Source of the DNA: the human T2T-CHM13v2.0 reference genome, Homo sapiens
Length of the DNA: 64,000 nucleotides
Assembly (NCBI RefSeq): GCF_009914755.1
Contig: NC_060931.1
Strand: one strand, 5' to 3'
Positions 27,414-42,174 of the stretch are shown piece by piece. The notes beneath the pieces are model-generated. The model saw only the letters and a list, made by a program, of their open reading frames with translations, made no database searches and was not told the DNA's origin. Position 1 is the stretch's first letter; every line of letters begins with the position of its first letter. The translations under genes were made by a program, and so were the position numbers.

Positions 27414-27587
27414 TTAAATGCAACTACATTAGCTATTACATAAAAATGGATAAAACATGATTTAAAAGACAAATGGATTTTAGAAAATAAAATATATGCT
27501 CTTGAAAGAGACAAACTTTATAGATACAGATTGCAAATAAAAAGATTAAAGAAGATATACTATACAAATACTAACACAAAGAAATTC

Positions 27588-27880
27588 AGGGAGGGCAGGG
27601 TGGCCCAGGCCTGTAATCTCAGCACTTTGGGAGGCTGAGGCAGGTGGATCGCTTGAGTCCAGGAGTTTGAGATCAGTCCTGGCAATGTAGTAAAACCCCA
27701 TCTGTTAAAAAAAATACAAAAATTATACGGGTGTTGTGACACACATCTGTGGGCCCAGCTACTCAGGAGGCTGAGGTGGGAAGATCATCTGAGCCTTAGG
27801 AGGTCAAGGCTGCAGTGAGCTGTGGTTGCGGCACTGCACTCCAGCCAGGGCAACAGAATGAAACGCTGTCTAAAAAAAGA
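27588..27880 (+). mobile_element. AluJ
   Basis: Diverged dimer with J-type phrases gatcgcttgagtccaggag and ggaggtcaaggctgcagtgagc. Confidence 0.9.
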
Positions 27881-29209
27881 AGGAGAGAAATGTGGCTATA
27901 AAAATATAATGCAAAGAAGAATTTACTGCAAGAAATATTGCTAGATATAAAAAAGATATTTTACAATAAAAAAGAGGAGTCCATTTAATAAGAAACCAAG
28001 GCAATCCTAACTTTGCACTTAATAACATCATTTAAAAAATATATATAAATTGACAAGATTAAAATGAGAAATAGACAAATCCACAATCACAGTTAAAGAT
28101 TTTAACATCATCTAAATAGTTGATGAAACAAGCAGACAAAAATTAGGAAAGATACAAGGGATGTGAGCAACATAGAATATCGTTAACTTCTGGTTGGGAG
28201 CATTGTCCTGAAGGGAAATGAGAGAGATTTCTTGGATGCTGGAAATATTCTAGATCTTGATCTGGGTGGTGATTGCATTTAACACCTGTGTGCATAAATA
28301 TGTTACACCTCAGTAAAAAAGCATATAAAATCTGTTATTGGCCAAATACTTAGGTAAAAATGTTTAATACAGTATATTTCTTTTATATTTTACCAAATCC
28401 TTGAGACTGAGTAATAAATTATCCTATATTCAAGGTTGTTAGCATGTTTAAATGATATTTGATGGAGAGGAAATGTCACAAAACTCTTCATAGTTACAAA
28501 GACATTGTGACACTCGGTAGAGGTAAAGGTTCCAGTATTTTAAAAACATGAGAAATATGGGTTAAACTGTGTTATAAGATATGCATCAGGAAATACATTG
28601 TCTTTTTAATAAAAATTATGAAAACAGGATATTATTGTAAATATTGCTAGATCTAGGAAGACCAATAAGTAGTCACTAAACTTTGAGGATTTTCAAAAAG
28701 TACATTCTGAAATTACTATTTATTTATTTTCTGGAGCTGTGTTAGACAATGCTACCAGGATAGGATATTCTAGTATACATTATGTTCTTTAAGACCCCTC
28801 AATTTCATTCAATTCTCTTACCAACTTTCTAACTTATTAATGATCCATATTTTTCATGTGAAGCAGACTCACATTTCTGCTAGTTAATAGCAACCACATG
28901 CTTTTTTCTGGTTGTTGCTAGTGATAATAGCTATTATTTAGACAAGAATTTGGAAAACCACTATAGAGAAATGTTTGCAATATGGACTTTGTTCTAAGAG
29001 CTCTATATAGTGATTTTAAGCATTAGACACTTCAAAATCTGCAGATAATTTTTGTTTAATGTATTTTGCAACAATTATTACATATTCAGCAAGCAACTAA
29101 GATACACATTAGTGCTGTCATAGTTGAGGCATTTGCAGGGTTAGAGCTGGACTGAGAGGGTAGATAGGCTTTGTATGAAGAGAATGAGAAAGTTACCTAG
29201 TACTACAGG

Positions 29210-29545
29210 GTGTGTTGCTGACAGACAACTCAGCTGTCAGCTGATTTTGGGATTGTTTCATCTCAAGAGAATTGTCAAGCCCAAAGTCATGTCCCCTTCT
29301 GGGGTAACCTATATCCAATGACTTGATGAATTTATATAAAGGCTTGGCCTCCTTGTCCGAGATTTGGACTTCGAGAGGTTATCCCAGCTCTAGAACACAC
29401 TGTGGGATGAATGACATCTTCATTGAGACTGCTTTACATCTAAATTTCTCTTTCTGTCTAGTCCTTCTTTCTTTCCTTTTCCCCAAGAATGTTGCTTCCA
29501 AGAGCAAAGCTAATGTCAGTCTCAGAAATTTTTCTGCCTGAATAT
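29210..29545 (+). mobile_element. LTR16-family ERVL LTR
   Basis: cccaaagtcatgtccccttctgggg...atccaatgact...tataaaggcttggcc...atcccagctctaga. Confidence 0.75.
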
Positions 29546-31421
29546 AGAACTAGAAGAAGGCTGTTTATTGCTTGGGACAGAGAAGAAAACTGGAGAATTG
29601 TATCTCTACCTGGAGGTGAGAGTAGCTGCTACTGGAGGCCATTGGGGCCGTTAAAAGTCATTGGAGGCCATTCACAGCAGGGCAAGGGACACCAAAGCTT
29701 AAAAAGAAGGACAGAAAAAAGAGGAACAAGGGAGCTGCTTTGCACATGTACATCTGTAATTCTTAGAAGACAGTGGTAGATGCTTTGAGTTCCTGTGGGA
29801 GCCTGGGGTGTACTGTAACCTTACGTTCACTGAATAGTGAGGCCTGGGATTCAAGTTCATGGAATTCTTCACAGGGACATAGGTTTAGAAGATAAGAGGA
29901 AGTGAAGAATAATAAACATTATGTCAAAAGTTTCATGAAACATTTGGAAAAGATCCACAGTGTTAATTTTTTCATTCCTTAAATAGTTGCTTATTGGCAG
30001 TGGACTGAGAAGGGAGATATACAGACAACATCACACACCAGCATCACAAGGGAGGCAAGAGTGAGAAGAAAGAGTGGTCTGGATCTCTGGATGAGGTCCC
30101 CTCTCCAACAATGATGGTGGGAGGAGGGATGGGCTAGGAGTGTTGAGGTGCATGAAGGGAATACATTTTATGAATAATCTTAAAAAAGAATTATAGTAAC
30201 TAGAGGTAGGAGATGACTTGAGAAATTAAAAGGAGAAGGTTGGGAGCCTCATAATAAAAATGAACCATGCCCCACAGATTAATTGTGGCTTTTTAAACAA
30301 AAATTTTATGATTCAAACATGATATGGAGCATCTTGGGGCTGACCACAAACTTTAATAAGAGTCCAGTTAGTGTTTCTTATAGAGAGGAAGTATAAGCCA
30401 TAGTCTTTGTCTTTGAGAGTAGACGCAATTTTCTTTTACTGAAAGAGTTATAGAAAAACACAACCCAAGGCAATGCACTTATTGAAAGATAAACAGAATG
30501 GTGATGTGTCCTTGTAAGTTCCCAGACACTTAAATTGGAGATTAAATGGTGGTATATCATTGCTCATAAATTTGTATGCTTATTTCTGTCTAGAATTCAG
30601 AAGAGCTGTAAGATTGGCATTAGTAGTTTGAGCCCTTGCTCAAAATATCTGAAAATCCAATATCTGTTTGGTTGTAATCTTATTTTTCTGCAAGTATGCC
30701 ATGGGAAATTATTCTTTCTCAAGAAAAATACAGAGATGCAGAGTTGATATCTTCTCATTTTGAAGAGACATGTTGAGGCCATGTGATTCCTGAAGGCCAT
30801 TGCTTAGGAAGTTTTCCCTGGTCTTTACCAACTTCCTTGGTGCTGCGTCACACTTTGAGATTTGCAAATCAATGGCTTTGGTCTAGCGTCCTATAGAGCT
30901 TGGTGTTCCTGTTCTCCATCTTCTCCTCTAAGATGCTGATTCCTACTCTTGAAATCTGTTTCCTTTTTATTGTTTTGTCTTTAAAGGGTTATCCCTCTAG
31001 TAGCAGTAGAATTAAACATTTTCTATACATTTAGTTTTATAAGAATCTACCGAGCTGTCTTCAATTCTCTAGAGAAACAAGGTTCTATATGTCCCACTGT
31101 GTTGTGAACATTGGGCACTGTATCAAAACTCTGGTCTACTTTCCATAGGTCCGGATGCCTCTCTAGGGTTTAAAGGCTATGCTCTACTATTATTTTCTAG
31201 AAGTCTTCCAGGTTTAGTATCTTGTTGGCTTGACAGCCACCACCCAATAGTTTTCTGTTGATACTCATTGATTGGAGGAGTACATGTGTATTGGGATCTA
31301 GAAATAAGCCTAAGCAACTCATCTCTTTCTAGGTGGAGTGTGCAACCTGAAATACAGGATAAAAAGGAAACCTACCTTACTGATTGTAATAAAAATAACT
31401 TGGAAACTTAAAACAGCTCAG

Positions 31422-31725
31422 GGCTGGACGCGGTGGCTTACGCATGTAATCCCAGCACTTTGCAAGGCCGAAACAGGCAGATCACCTGTGGTCAGGAGTT
31501 CGAGACCAGCCTGGCAAACATGGTGAAACCCCATCTCTACTAAAAATACACAAAATTAGCCAGGCGTGGTAGCACATGCCTGTAGTCGCGGCTACTTGGG
31601 AGGCTGAGGCAGGAGAATTGCTTGAACCCGGGAAGGGAAGGTTGCAGTAAGCCTAGATGGTGCCATTGCACTCCAACCTGGGCAACAGAGCAAGACTCTA
31701 TCTCAAAAACAAACAAACAAAAAAA
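31422..31725 (+). mobile_element. AluS
   Basis: Full dimer with (AAAC)n tail. TSD-like aaaacagctcag / aacccagctcag. Confidence 0.95.
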
Positions 31726-32134
31726 CCCAGCTCAGGATAACGTTGTAAGCCTATTTGCTTTTTCCCGTTACTTCATATAATATCTTAATTTTTTTGTAGT
31801 TTCTTGTCCACGATTCCTAGTGTAGGATCATTCTCCTGGTAGTCAATAATTTCCACATTGCCTTGAGGAGAGTTAAAATTGTTATAATTAGAATGCAAAA
31901 AGAATCAGTAGCTGTTCAGTTTTTGACTTTCAAAATAGACTCTTGAAATTCACATCAAAATCAATATTTTAAAAAGCCAAAGATTTTGCTTTTTCAGAAC
32001 AAATTTGATTGGCGGGGAGGGGGAGAAAAAAACCCGGAAAGAAGCAGGCACATAATAGAGTAGAAAGAGAACAGAAAGATCCAACTATTTTCTTTCTGTC
32101 CCCTCCCTCTAGGACATTAGATGAGCCACAGTTA

Positions 32135-32510
32135 GTATATTAGTTAGGAATTACATTTGCGTGTAATGGAAACCAGCAATACGTGCCTTAACCAAGCACA
32201 GGTTAATTTTAAAAGCCTAGGAAAAGTCATTCTAGACTGGCATAGCAGTTCCATGATGTCAATATTCTGGACTTGGTCTTTCTGCTCAGTTATCCAGTTA
32301 CCTCTCTTTGGTTCTCATTGGCATGGTGATCGCATGATCGCAAGATGGGTGCTCCAGCCCCATGTCTGTGTTCTGACTAGACAGAAAAGAGGAGGCAAGC
32401 AATAAGGAGGATGGGGGAAAGTAAAACCCATTGAGAAGTATGCTAAGTTTTTATAAGTCAAAGTTGGCTCTGCCACACCTAGTTACAAAGGAGTCTGGGA
32501 AACGTTTTAT
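32135..32510 (-). mobile_element. Old MLT1 (MLT1J/K-like) LTR remnant
   Basis: tattagttaggaatt start, gcaagatgggtgctccagc, and ccacacctagttacaaaggagtctgggaaa. Confidence 0.55.
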
Positions 32511-32595
32511 TTTGTTTATTTTATTTTAGTGTAGCTTTCCCAAGGAAAGAAAGAGCAACATCAGCTTGGGGGTGGAGGGACAGAGGGTTAGAGGG

Positions 32596-32629
32596 ATTGC
32601 TTTTCAGCCTTTTGGCTAAGATCAAGTGT
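32596..32629 (+). pseudogene. 3'-truncated U2 snRNA retro-pseudogene (first ~34 nt)
   Basis: attgcttttcagccttttggctaagatcaagtgt vs U2 ATCGCTTCTCGGCCTTTTGGCTAAGATCAAGTGT (3 substitutions). Flanked by gagggttagaggg / gaaggttagatgg. Confidence 0.9.
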
Positions 32630-32852
32630 GAAGGTTAGATGGAAAATAAGAGGAGGTTGGTGAGACTTGAGACATGTGGTACCCTCTCCCTGAGGGTATG
32701 GAGAGAAGCTCACTGAATATCATTGTGCTAGTGCCATGAGCTTCATGTAGTCTTTGCAAGGAATCCTCATGAATTGCTCTTTTTAGGCCAAGGGAGGGCC
32801 TTCCATTGACACCTGCCTGAAGCTTTTATGGAATGTATTTGAATTGTCCCCT

Positions 32853-33898
<1,046 letters not shown>

Positions 33899-35874
33899 TT
33901 TGAATTGTCCCCTTTGGAATTGGCCTTTCAAGGGTCAAAAACTCATAGTCAGTGGGTTTTATAGCACGTAAAGATGCAGGAAGAGTAGAAAGGAGAACTC
34001 TTACCCTTGAGGAAGTGTTACGGGGTAAAAATTTCTCCCATTCACCTCTCTGCTAATAACCTATGCACAAATGTTAAAGACTATCTCTTCTGTGATGAAA
34101 TGTGTTTTCTTAAATTCTTTATATCTTCAATTTCAGTTTTAAGAAATTTCAAAGATGAAACAATTTGGGGAAGAAATGGGGAAGAAAAACACACATTTTT
34201 AAATAAAGCTGTGCTTGAGGTAAATACGGCAGTACATTCAAGAGACTTCCACCAACTTCTGTCACTGTAAAAGCACTTAGAAATATTTTTGGACAACTTT
34301 CAGGAATGACCTTCATTATTGCTTTTAACCTTTGTGTCTGTGTGTGTGTTTCCCATTACCCTTATTTGATTTGTATTGTTACCAAAGTTATTGCACTTTT
34401 GTTGTGGGGGCATGCAATAATTGATGTTTATGTGCTCACCATTTCTTTGACTGTTGGGCAAGCAAGACGTTGCCTGTCCCAGACTTTCCTAGGGAGAGCA
34501 CGTTGTAAATGAGTAATGCCCCCTACAAAAAGAAGGGACGAAAAGAAGTGCACATTTGTATAAATAAAACCCCTTTTTATTTTGCATGCATAGTTTCAGA
34601 AGAGAGAGACTAGATATTCTTTCTCCCCCTAAAATGCATTAGATGGATACTTCCAGAGGTGTGAGCTTTTATTATGCTATTCATTTGATTCATGATTCAT
34701 AAAGCACCTTTGTAATGAAAGCTGGCCTGTGTCTAAGCCAACACACTGACTTTAAAGATAGGCTTCGGCCATAATTCTCTGTGCTCTGGCTAGAGCAGCA
34801 GGGAACACCAACAGAATTTAAACTCATAGTCTTTCAAAGTAAAATTTGATAAAGAGAAGCTTACCTAAAATATTGTTGGTGAAAATAAAAGGAAGGCAGT
34901 AACTTGGAAAAAAAAAGGAAACAGAATTGTTCCTTTTGGAGCTATATTTTCAAAGAAAAACTGTTAGTCTTTTTATTCATGCCATTAAAGTTTTTCCTCC
35001 ACCTTCAGAAAAAAATAGCATTATTACTACAGAAGAAAGGAGTAGTCAGATGTTTTATTTTTAGGTGAAACCAAATAGCGTGACTCTGATTAGTTGCTGC
35101 AAGTTTCAAATTCTGATAACCTCATTCGAACCAGGGACTCATGTGGGCTTTTGGTGGATGGGGAATCTGGCTGTTTATATTCTTCTTGACACAATCCGCG
35201 AGTGCTGGATTCCAACAATCACAGACAATTCTGCTCTCCATGTATTGTGATAAGTAGAGCAGTTTATACAATTCCAATACATTCTATAAATGGTTTTTCT
35301 TATATAATGGGCTTTACTCTTTTTGGTGACATAATCAGATAGGTAAATAATAGCAGTTAGAGCAGAATGAAATGGTGTAGCCAAGGGCAGAACTTACTAT
35401 TACTCTTAGCATTCTATCCCACTAGAGTTAAAAAGCTTTAAAACAAGTGGTTTTTTTGTTTTTGTTTTTCTTTTTGCACTTATTTAAAATTCTTCTAGTA
35501 ACAAAAAAAGTCATGTTAAGGTGCATAAGGTTATGTTTTGCATATATTCAAGAGCCTTAAATATATACTAAGAGGCAAATGAGGGAGGGAACATTTTGTG
35601 TTCAGTATAAGCAAAATTCTTAGTGTTCTGTATCTGGAGTCTTGGTTAGTAGCTGACATTTCTGATGAAGGACAGGAAATTGGAATCTAATAGATCTACT
35701 CTACTTTGCTACAACCTGTTAGCAAATGTTGCCTCAGCCTATCTGTCTGTCATCTGCTTTTTCTCTCCTTAACTTGGGCATTAGGTATATGTAAATCATA
35801 GTCTCAGGCCCTTCTTAATAATGTGGCAATGGCTCTTTTCTTTATTCGTGTTTTTCTTCAAAAATAATAACCAC

Positions 35875-36185
<311 letters not shown>

Positions 36186-36258
36186 CGCTTTTCAGTATGT
36201 AACACTTCTGTCCTTTAATTGTCACAACAATAGCTTATGGTGATCATTGTATGTGGTA

Positions 36259-36829
36259 CAGTTGTCCCCCCTTATCCACAGGGGATGTATTCTGAATCTC
36301 CCAGTGGAGTGGATACCTGAAACTGCCGATAATGCCAAACCCTTTTGTCTTCACAATTTCACAGATAGAAGGCTGGTTCTTACCATAAATCTTAGCCACC
36401 TCAGCATGCGATTTTTGTCTTTCCTTATTAAGTCGAGAACTTTCACCTTTTACCTTAAAGGAAACACTTTATGGCTTCTCTTTGAAAGATCTAAGTAGCC
36501 AGCATCACTACTCCTGTGCTTTGGGACCATTATGAAGTAAAGCACTGCAATACTGAGACAGTCGATCTGATCATCAATAGGGCTACTAAGTAACTCACAG
36601 CTGGGTAGCATACACAGTGAGGAGACGCTGCACACAGCAATGATTCCCATCCCCAGTGGGATGGGGTGGGATCCAGCATGCTACTCAGAATGGCAGGCAA
36701 AGTACAACTTAGACATTACCTCTGAAATTTTCCATTTAGTATTTTCGGGCCAGGAATATTGTCCACAAAAGTTAACCATAAGTAACTGAAACCGCAAAAA
36801 GGGAAACCATAGTTAAGGAGAGCCCACTG
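36259..36829. mobile_element. MER44/Tigger7-type Tc1-mariner non-autonomous element, inserted in a MIR remnant
   Basis: TIR-like ends cagttgtccccccttatcc ... gttaaggagagcccactg, with a TA dinucleotide on both sides. Confidence 0.85.
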
Positions 36830-38494
36830 TATTATTGCCATTTTTCAGAGGTTTAGGAACTGTTAAGATTTGAAGCCTAGAATGTCCAACACTAGAGTGC
36901 CCTAAAATCTGTAAGCTCTTTTTGCTGTTGTTAATATTGCATGGCTCTCTGTGCCAGCCAGATTGAATGACCTCCAGAAATTAAGTGAGCCAGTGCCCAA
37001 GATGCCAGACCAATTGGCTTGGTTTCCAGACTTGGTTGAGCCCAGCTGCTCACCCTCTACCCTGGGGGTGGCGGACAATAACTAAAAGAGAAACATCTGA
37101 TTCCTGTCTGGAGCTCTCTCCCTCTTTCCTATAGCACTGGCTGTTTAGGAATAGGGATTCTATCTTCTGGTGTAGTTTTATGTCTGGCACAGTGTTCTGG
37201 TAACTATGGAATGCAATATTTGTAGAAAAAGAGGAAGAACAATTTACCTATCTGTAGTGCTCAGATCATTCATCCAAGAGTAAGTAATGCCTAATTGCAT
37301 GAAGACTGCCACAAGGAAGAACTAAATCACATACACACATGATGCCAAAGAGTAAAGATAGTAGCAATACATAATATTTAATTAAATGCACCATTCAGTG
37401 TTTTTGCCCTGCCCTAAAGTTTATGTGTTGATAAAAATGACTTTCTGATGTTGGGAGTTCATTTCAGAAAATACTCTTATATTTTGAGAATATTTTCCAT
37501 TTGGTTAATGAGGTGGTAATACATGTAAAAGAAATTAAGAAAACCTCATTAAGGGATCCAAAAGAGTAATATTTTACAAAGAGTAATACCATCAAATAGT
37601 ATCATCTCAGCGTTGAACATCTCAGATGTTTCAGTGTCCTCTCCTATGTGTGAATTCCCTCTACAACATCCTGAATGCACTATCTCCAGCCTCTACCCTG
37701 ATCCAAACATGGACAAAAACAATTTTTTTTACAACCACAAATTAAAGTCTTGGACAGCTGTAATTCTTACACCCTTTCCTAATACTGAATTGAAATATGC
37801 TTTCTCTAGTTTTCACCATGCTGGTAGTCCTCTTTTTTCTTTTCTCTACTTTTTTCGCTCTCGCTCTCTCTCTGTCTCTCTCTCTCTTGTAAAACTGCTC
37901 TAAATTTGCTGGGTTGGAATCTAAAGTTGAATTGAAAAATTGATATGTAGTGTAAGACATAGCATTTAAACATACTCTATGAGTGGTCGTTTAAATTGGA
38001 CCTTTAAAAAAATGCGAAAGGGGTAAAGAATAAAAACACTTAATTTTCTCTCATTTGTTTTATTTTTAAGCATCTCCATTGCACTATTTCACTCATCTAA
38101 GTGAAATCAAGATCTTGGTTTTGGACTAAACTGGAATTCAAATGTGTATGAGCATCTTTGTTATTTAGTTGCGTGGGTTCATGAGGAGTTTATTTTGATT
38201 TTTTAAAAATTGAGGGGCTCTGGATTTTTTCTGTGCACCTGAAACAAGAGTTGAGATGAAGAGGGCAGCGTGTGTCTGCCCACCACACTGTCTCTGCTTG
38301 AGGCTATAGACTTGCAGCCAGAAAGCAGAGGAACACTTCACAAAGAACTCCGTGAGATATGAGAAAAGTGAGTCCTCTGGCTTTACTGCAGGTTATAAGC
38401 TGTAACCTGAGTCAGGGAGAGAGACATTCTCCCAGGAGTCTCTGTGAGTCTCTGAGGGTTTGTTGTCCTGGGAAGATTTTGGCAGTGACGCTTT

Positions 38495-39001
38495 TGATGT
38501 GAAAAATTTGCACTGAAGGGAGGGAAACAGGCAAAGAAGACTTCATTTAAGACTCTTGCAATAGGGAAGATAAATAGAATACAATTCTGCTGAAACAAGA
38601 GGTGGGAAGACTTTTAAATGCCAGGCTGGGCTAGTAGAAAAGTTCTTAAAAAGTTATTAGGGGAGAGGCTGGTCATGTGATTAGGCCATCTGTTTTGGCT
38701 AATTGCCACTTATGGAAGTTAGGTTTCTACCCTCCCACAGAGACTGGGAGAAAAGAGTGCTATCTTTCTTGATGATTGCATTTCAAAGAGATGGCTCTCA
38801 GGTCCTTGAGACAGACATCACTGGACTGTGAAGCAAGAGACTAGAAGATTGACATCTCAAAGTGAAAGAGTAAAAATTTGCATCTGTAAGCTTTGTAAAG
38901 TAAATGTTCTAAAAAAGGGGAGGTCAGGGGCTTATACATTCAGGAAGAAGCCTGTCAAAAGTTTAGTCAAGCTGAAGGGAACCTTAAGAAGGTCTTGATC
39001 A
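38495..39001 (-). mobile_element. ERV1 LTR (MER67/MER31-like)
   Basis: Ends aagtttagtcaagctgaagggaaccttaagaaggtcttgatca; contains gatgattgcatttcaaagagatggctc. Confidence 0.75.
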
Positions 39002-39379
39002 AACAAGGGTATTCTCCTGTGGCTGTAGCAGTGGCACTGAGAGGCACAGTCTTCGAGTGTTTTGGAAGCAGTGGGTGTCACTGAAAAGCTAAGACACTGT
39101 GAGAAAATAACTCACGAGATACTTCCGGATCTCCTGGAAGCTCTTGGAGAGGTTTGCAAAAGTCTGAAAGTGTGTGCAATATAGGTAGGGGCAAGACCAG
39201 TGAAATTTGGGTCATCACCACTAATGTGATCCCATAGCCAGCCAGTGACTGGCAAGACCGAAGAAATACAGAGTATGGAGGTGAAATATTTCAACCTGAC
39301 TTGGAACATGTTATACCCTTCAGTCCACGGGTGCATGTACTGTGACATTTTGCTGCTTTGTCCTTCATAAAAACAAGTG

Positions 39380-39590
39380 CTGTGGTAGCATGAAAATAAC
39401 ACTAGACAGACAGCTAAAAGACCTGAGTTTGTTTTTCTTTCTACCGGTTACTAGCTAAACTGACTTGGATGAGGCACCATCCCTCCTGGACTTCCTTATG
39501 GGGAATTGGGATAATACATCTACTTCACAGGGTTGTTATCAGGATTAAATCAATATACATGCCATCCTTTGCAAAGCACTATGAATGACA
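39380..39590 (+). mobile_element. MIR SINE
   Basis: aagacctgagtt...gggataatacatctacttcacagggttgttatcaggattaaat. Confidence 0.7.
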
Positions 39591-40496
39591 GATTAGAGGC
39601 TTTTCTTTTGATTTTTACCCATTACTTAACCAGTAGCCTTAATGTGACCTCAATTGTGTCTCTTTAGGACGGTGGTAACTTTTCATATTCAGATTATTCC
39701 TTCTGTGTACCTTTTGGGAAACTTTATTCCAGTTCCCATTCATTTAAATGGTATATAATGTTTTAAATTGAACTTTTATCTCTATTTCATCTGTCTTTAT
39801 TTTTTTTTTGTCTTGGACTTGGACTTCCTTTCTACAACTCTATCTCTTGGAGAACTTTTGTGATAAAATGGAGGTCAGTAGGAACCTTGACCCCACGCTT
39901 CTGTCTGAATACACATGTAACTGCTGCATTTGCTCACCACCACCAAAATGCTTCAGTGTTTGGTCAGTGGTTTTTAAGTTCGAAATGTATGCATCTGTTC
40001 AAATCTGTGTAAATTGTACTCTCTAGCCGTAAGTTGCTTGATATCAGTATCTATCTATATATAATCAAACAATTATGTTTGTAGAATATCTAAAGAAGAT
40101 GCCAGAAAAATTTTGTACCCTTTGATAGAAAGTGTGGGTGTTGATTAAAAAAAAAGAAGAAATAAATCCACATTTAATGGGATAGTTAAACATTTGTTTA
40201 CCAGAAAAAATTAATTTCCAACTATAAAGGAATTGCTTATTTTTCCATTAAATCCTCAGAACAAACAAATAACAATTTTGAGAGGGCAATCTAAAGATGC
40301 AGTCGTGGTTACTTTGGTATTTGACCCTTTTTCTGTAGTAATTTAGTCTGAACAAGACCGAAGTGTGTGCTATTCTTTGGCTTTATAGCCCTCTAACCAT
40401 AGGCACTGATGGCATTCACGATTATGGATTAAATAGGGCCAACCCTTGTCAGTAATTTGTTAAAAAATTCCCACAGAGATACCTATGGTGCTGCTG

Positions 40497-40616
40497 AACA
40501 ATGATGTTGGTAGTGTGCTATTTTGCTTTAGGAAAAGCTACTGCATTCCAACATGGGGTTCAATGGCTGGTCCTGGAAACCTCGTCTCTGTTTGATATAA
40601 GTTAAACCTTGAGTAC
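40497..40616 (+). repeat. 120-bp dispersed duplicate, copy A
   Basis: Gapless match to 42277-42396, 100/120 identical by manual count. Confidence 0.92.
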
Positions 40617-41269
40617 ACTCTGCCTGGTACTGAAATTAACATCTGGGTCCTGACCAAATTCTAACTTGTGAAATTGCAGATTACTTTACGACTGGATAAG
40701 AAATGTACTCCATCATATCTTAGCTTTGTTATTTAATTTTGCCTGGGGTTGTTAAATCACTGTAGCATTTTGCCACTGTGTGCAACCAGTGGGCTTTTAG
40801 AAATTTTAGCATGAAAGGCTCTCAAGAAAACATGAAACTCTTTTAACATAAGGTTATCTCCAGGAGGCTACTTTTTGGTTTAGTTATGTGATTGTATTTG
40901 AACAAATAGATTTTCTTTAGTTCTACTTAGTGTTCTTTTTTAAACTGATGGACTTTCACAATAGGTTTTCAGGTCTTGGCTTTTCAGTTTCATTTTTGGG
41001 GGTGTGGAAGTTTCAGAGTGAGATACAAACTGATTTGTGAGATGAAAAATATTAAAGATATGATCATTTGACAGTAATTTGGTGATCTGATTTTTTTCTG
41101 GAAATAACAAAGCTAATATTCATAAGTGAGCGAAAAAATTTTTGAGGACAGCTACTGGATAGTTGAATATTTTATCCATTAATGAAATTGTTCACATTTT
41201 GAAGAGATTATTAACTGTGGTGCAATTGGATTCTTTGTGAAGTGGCAGCAAAAGGCTTCTTGGTTTACA

Positions 41270-41463
41270 CCAGGGTCAGCAAACTACACCTTGCAGGCCA
41301 CATCAGGTCTACCACTTGTTTTGTAAATAAAGTTTTACCGGGGCATAGTCATGCCCATTTGTTTATGTGTTTTCTGTGTCTGCTTTTGTAAGAGACTATA
41401 TGGACTTTAAAGCCTAAAATATTTAGTATCTGTCCCTTTCTAGAACAAGTTTGCTTACCTCTC
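41270..41463. mobile_element. MER58A-like hAT MITE
   Basis: cagggtcagcaaacta...gttttgtaaataaagtttta...aagcctaaaatattt...aagtttgc. Confidence 0.85.
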
Positions 41464-41934
41464 CTTTACATCATTAACTTGATCTTGTGGAGTCAGAGCT
41501 GGCTGTGCACATCCTCTAAACCAAGGGAGAAACAAATTACATATTTGAGAAACAATGCTAAGATTTTCCCATCCCTTGGACTCTGGCTAGACATTTGCGG
41601 CAACCACAAGCTTCACTTTCTCTTTTCTCCCTTTCTCAAGGTGCTTTTATCTGTGACTGCGGCACCAGCAGTTTGGGTTTGGTAGACTATAATATTGGAT
41701 TGGTGGTGTGTATTTTTACATAAAGCCTTGGAGTTATTTTATTTTATTTTTTTGCCGAGATGGCTTCACATTTTAGACTACATGTTTATAACTGCCCTTG
41801 TGCTATAGTTGCTCTTATGCTGTAAAGCATGACAGCATACTTTTATCTTTTAACATTGGCCAAAACTGGTCACACAACCATTACTAAACCATTATTGTAG
41901 ATTAATAAGAATCTGTATCTAGATTTAAAAATTT

Positions 41935-42058
41935 ACAATTTTGAGATGGGATCTCTCTGTGTTCCCTGGGCTGGTGTTGAACTCCTGGGCTCCTGCAATC
42001 CTCTTGCCTAAGCCTCCAAAGTAATTGGGATTACAGGTCTTCACCACCATGCCTAGTT
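41935..42058 (-). mobile_element. Free Alu monomer (FLAM_A-like)
   Basis: Single diverged antisense monomer. Confidence 0.8.
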
Positions 42059-42174
42059 TACACCTGAATTTTGGAATGGAGTTATTTACTCTTGCATTGC
42101 TTGGGAGAAGGATGGACACCTGGATTGGTTACTTTCTTTTTACTACTCTAGAGCTACCCATTCTCTGCCTATTT

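Noticed and set aside
35065-35250. Acceptor-like ttttatttttag followed by a 61-codon open frame
   Set aside because: No convincing donor and no recognised peptide; compatible with chance.
40500-40635. C/D-box snoRNA or miRNA in the 120-bp duplicate (ATGATG start, loose hairpin)
   Set aside because: The C box is imperfect (ATGATGT), there is no D box with a terminal stem inside the duplicated unit, and the stem is disrupted in copy B.
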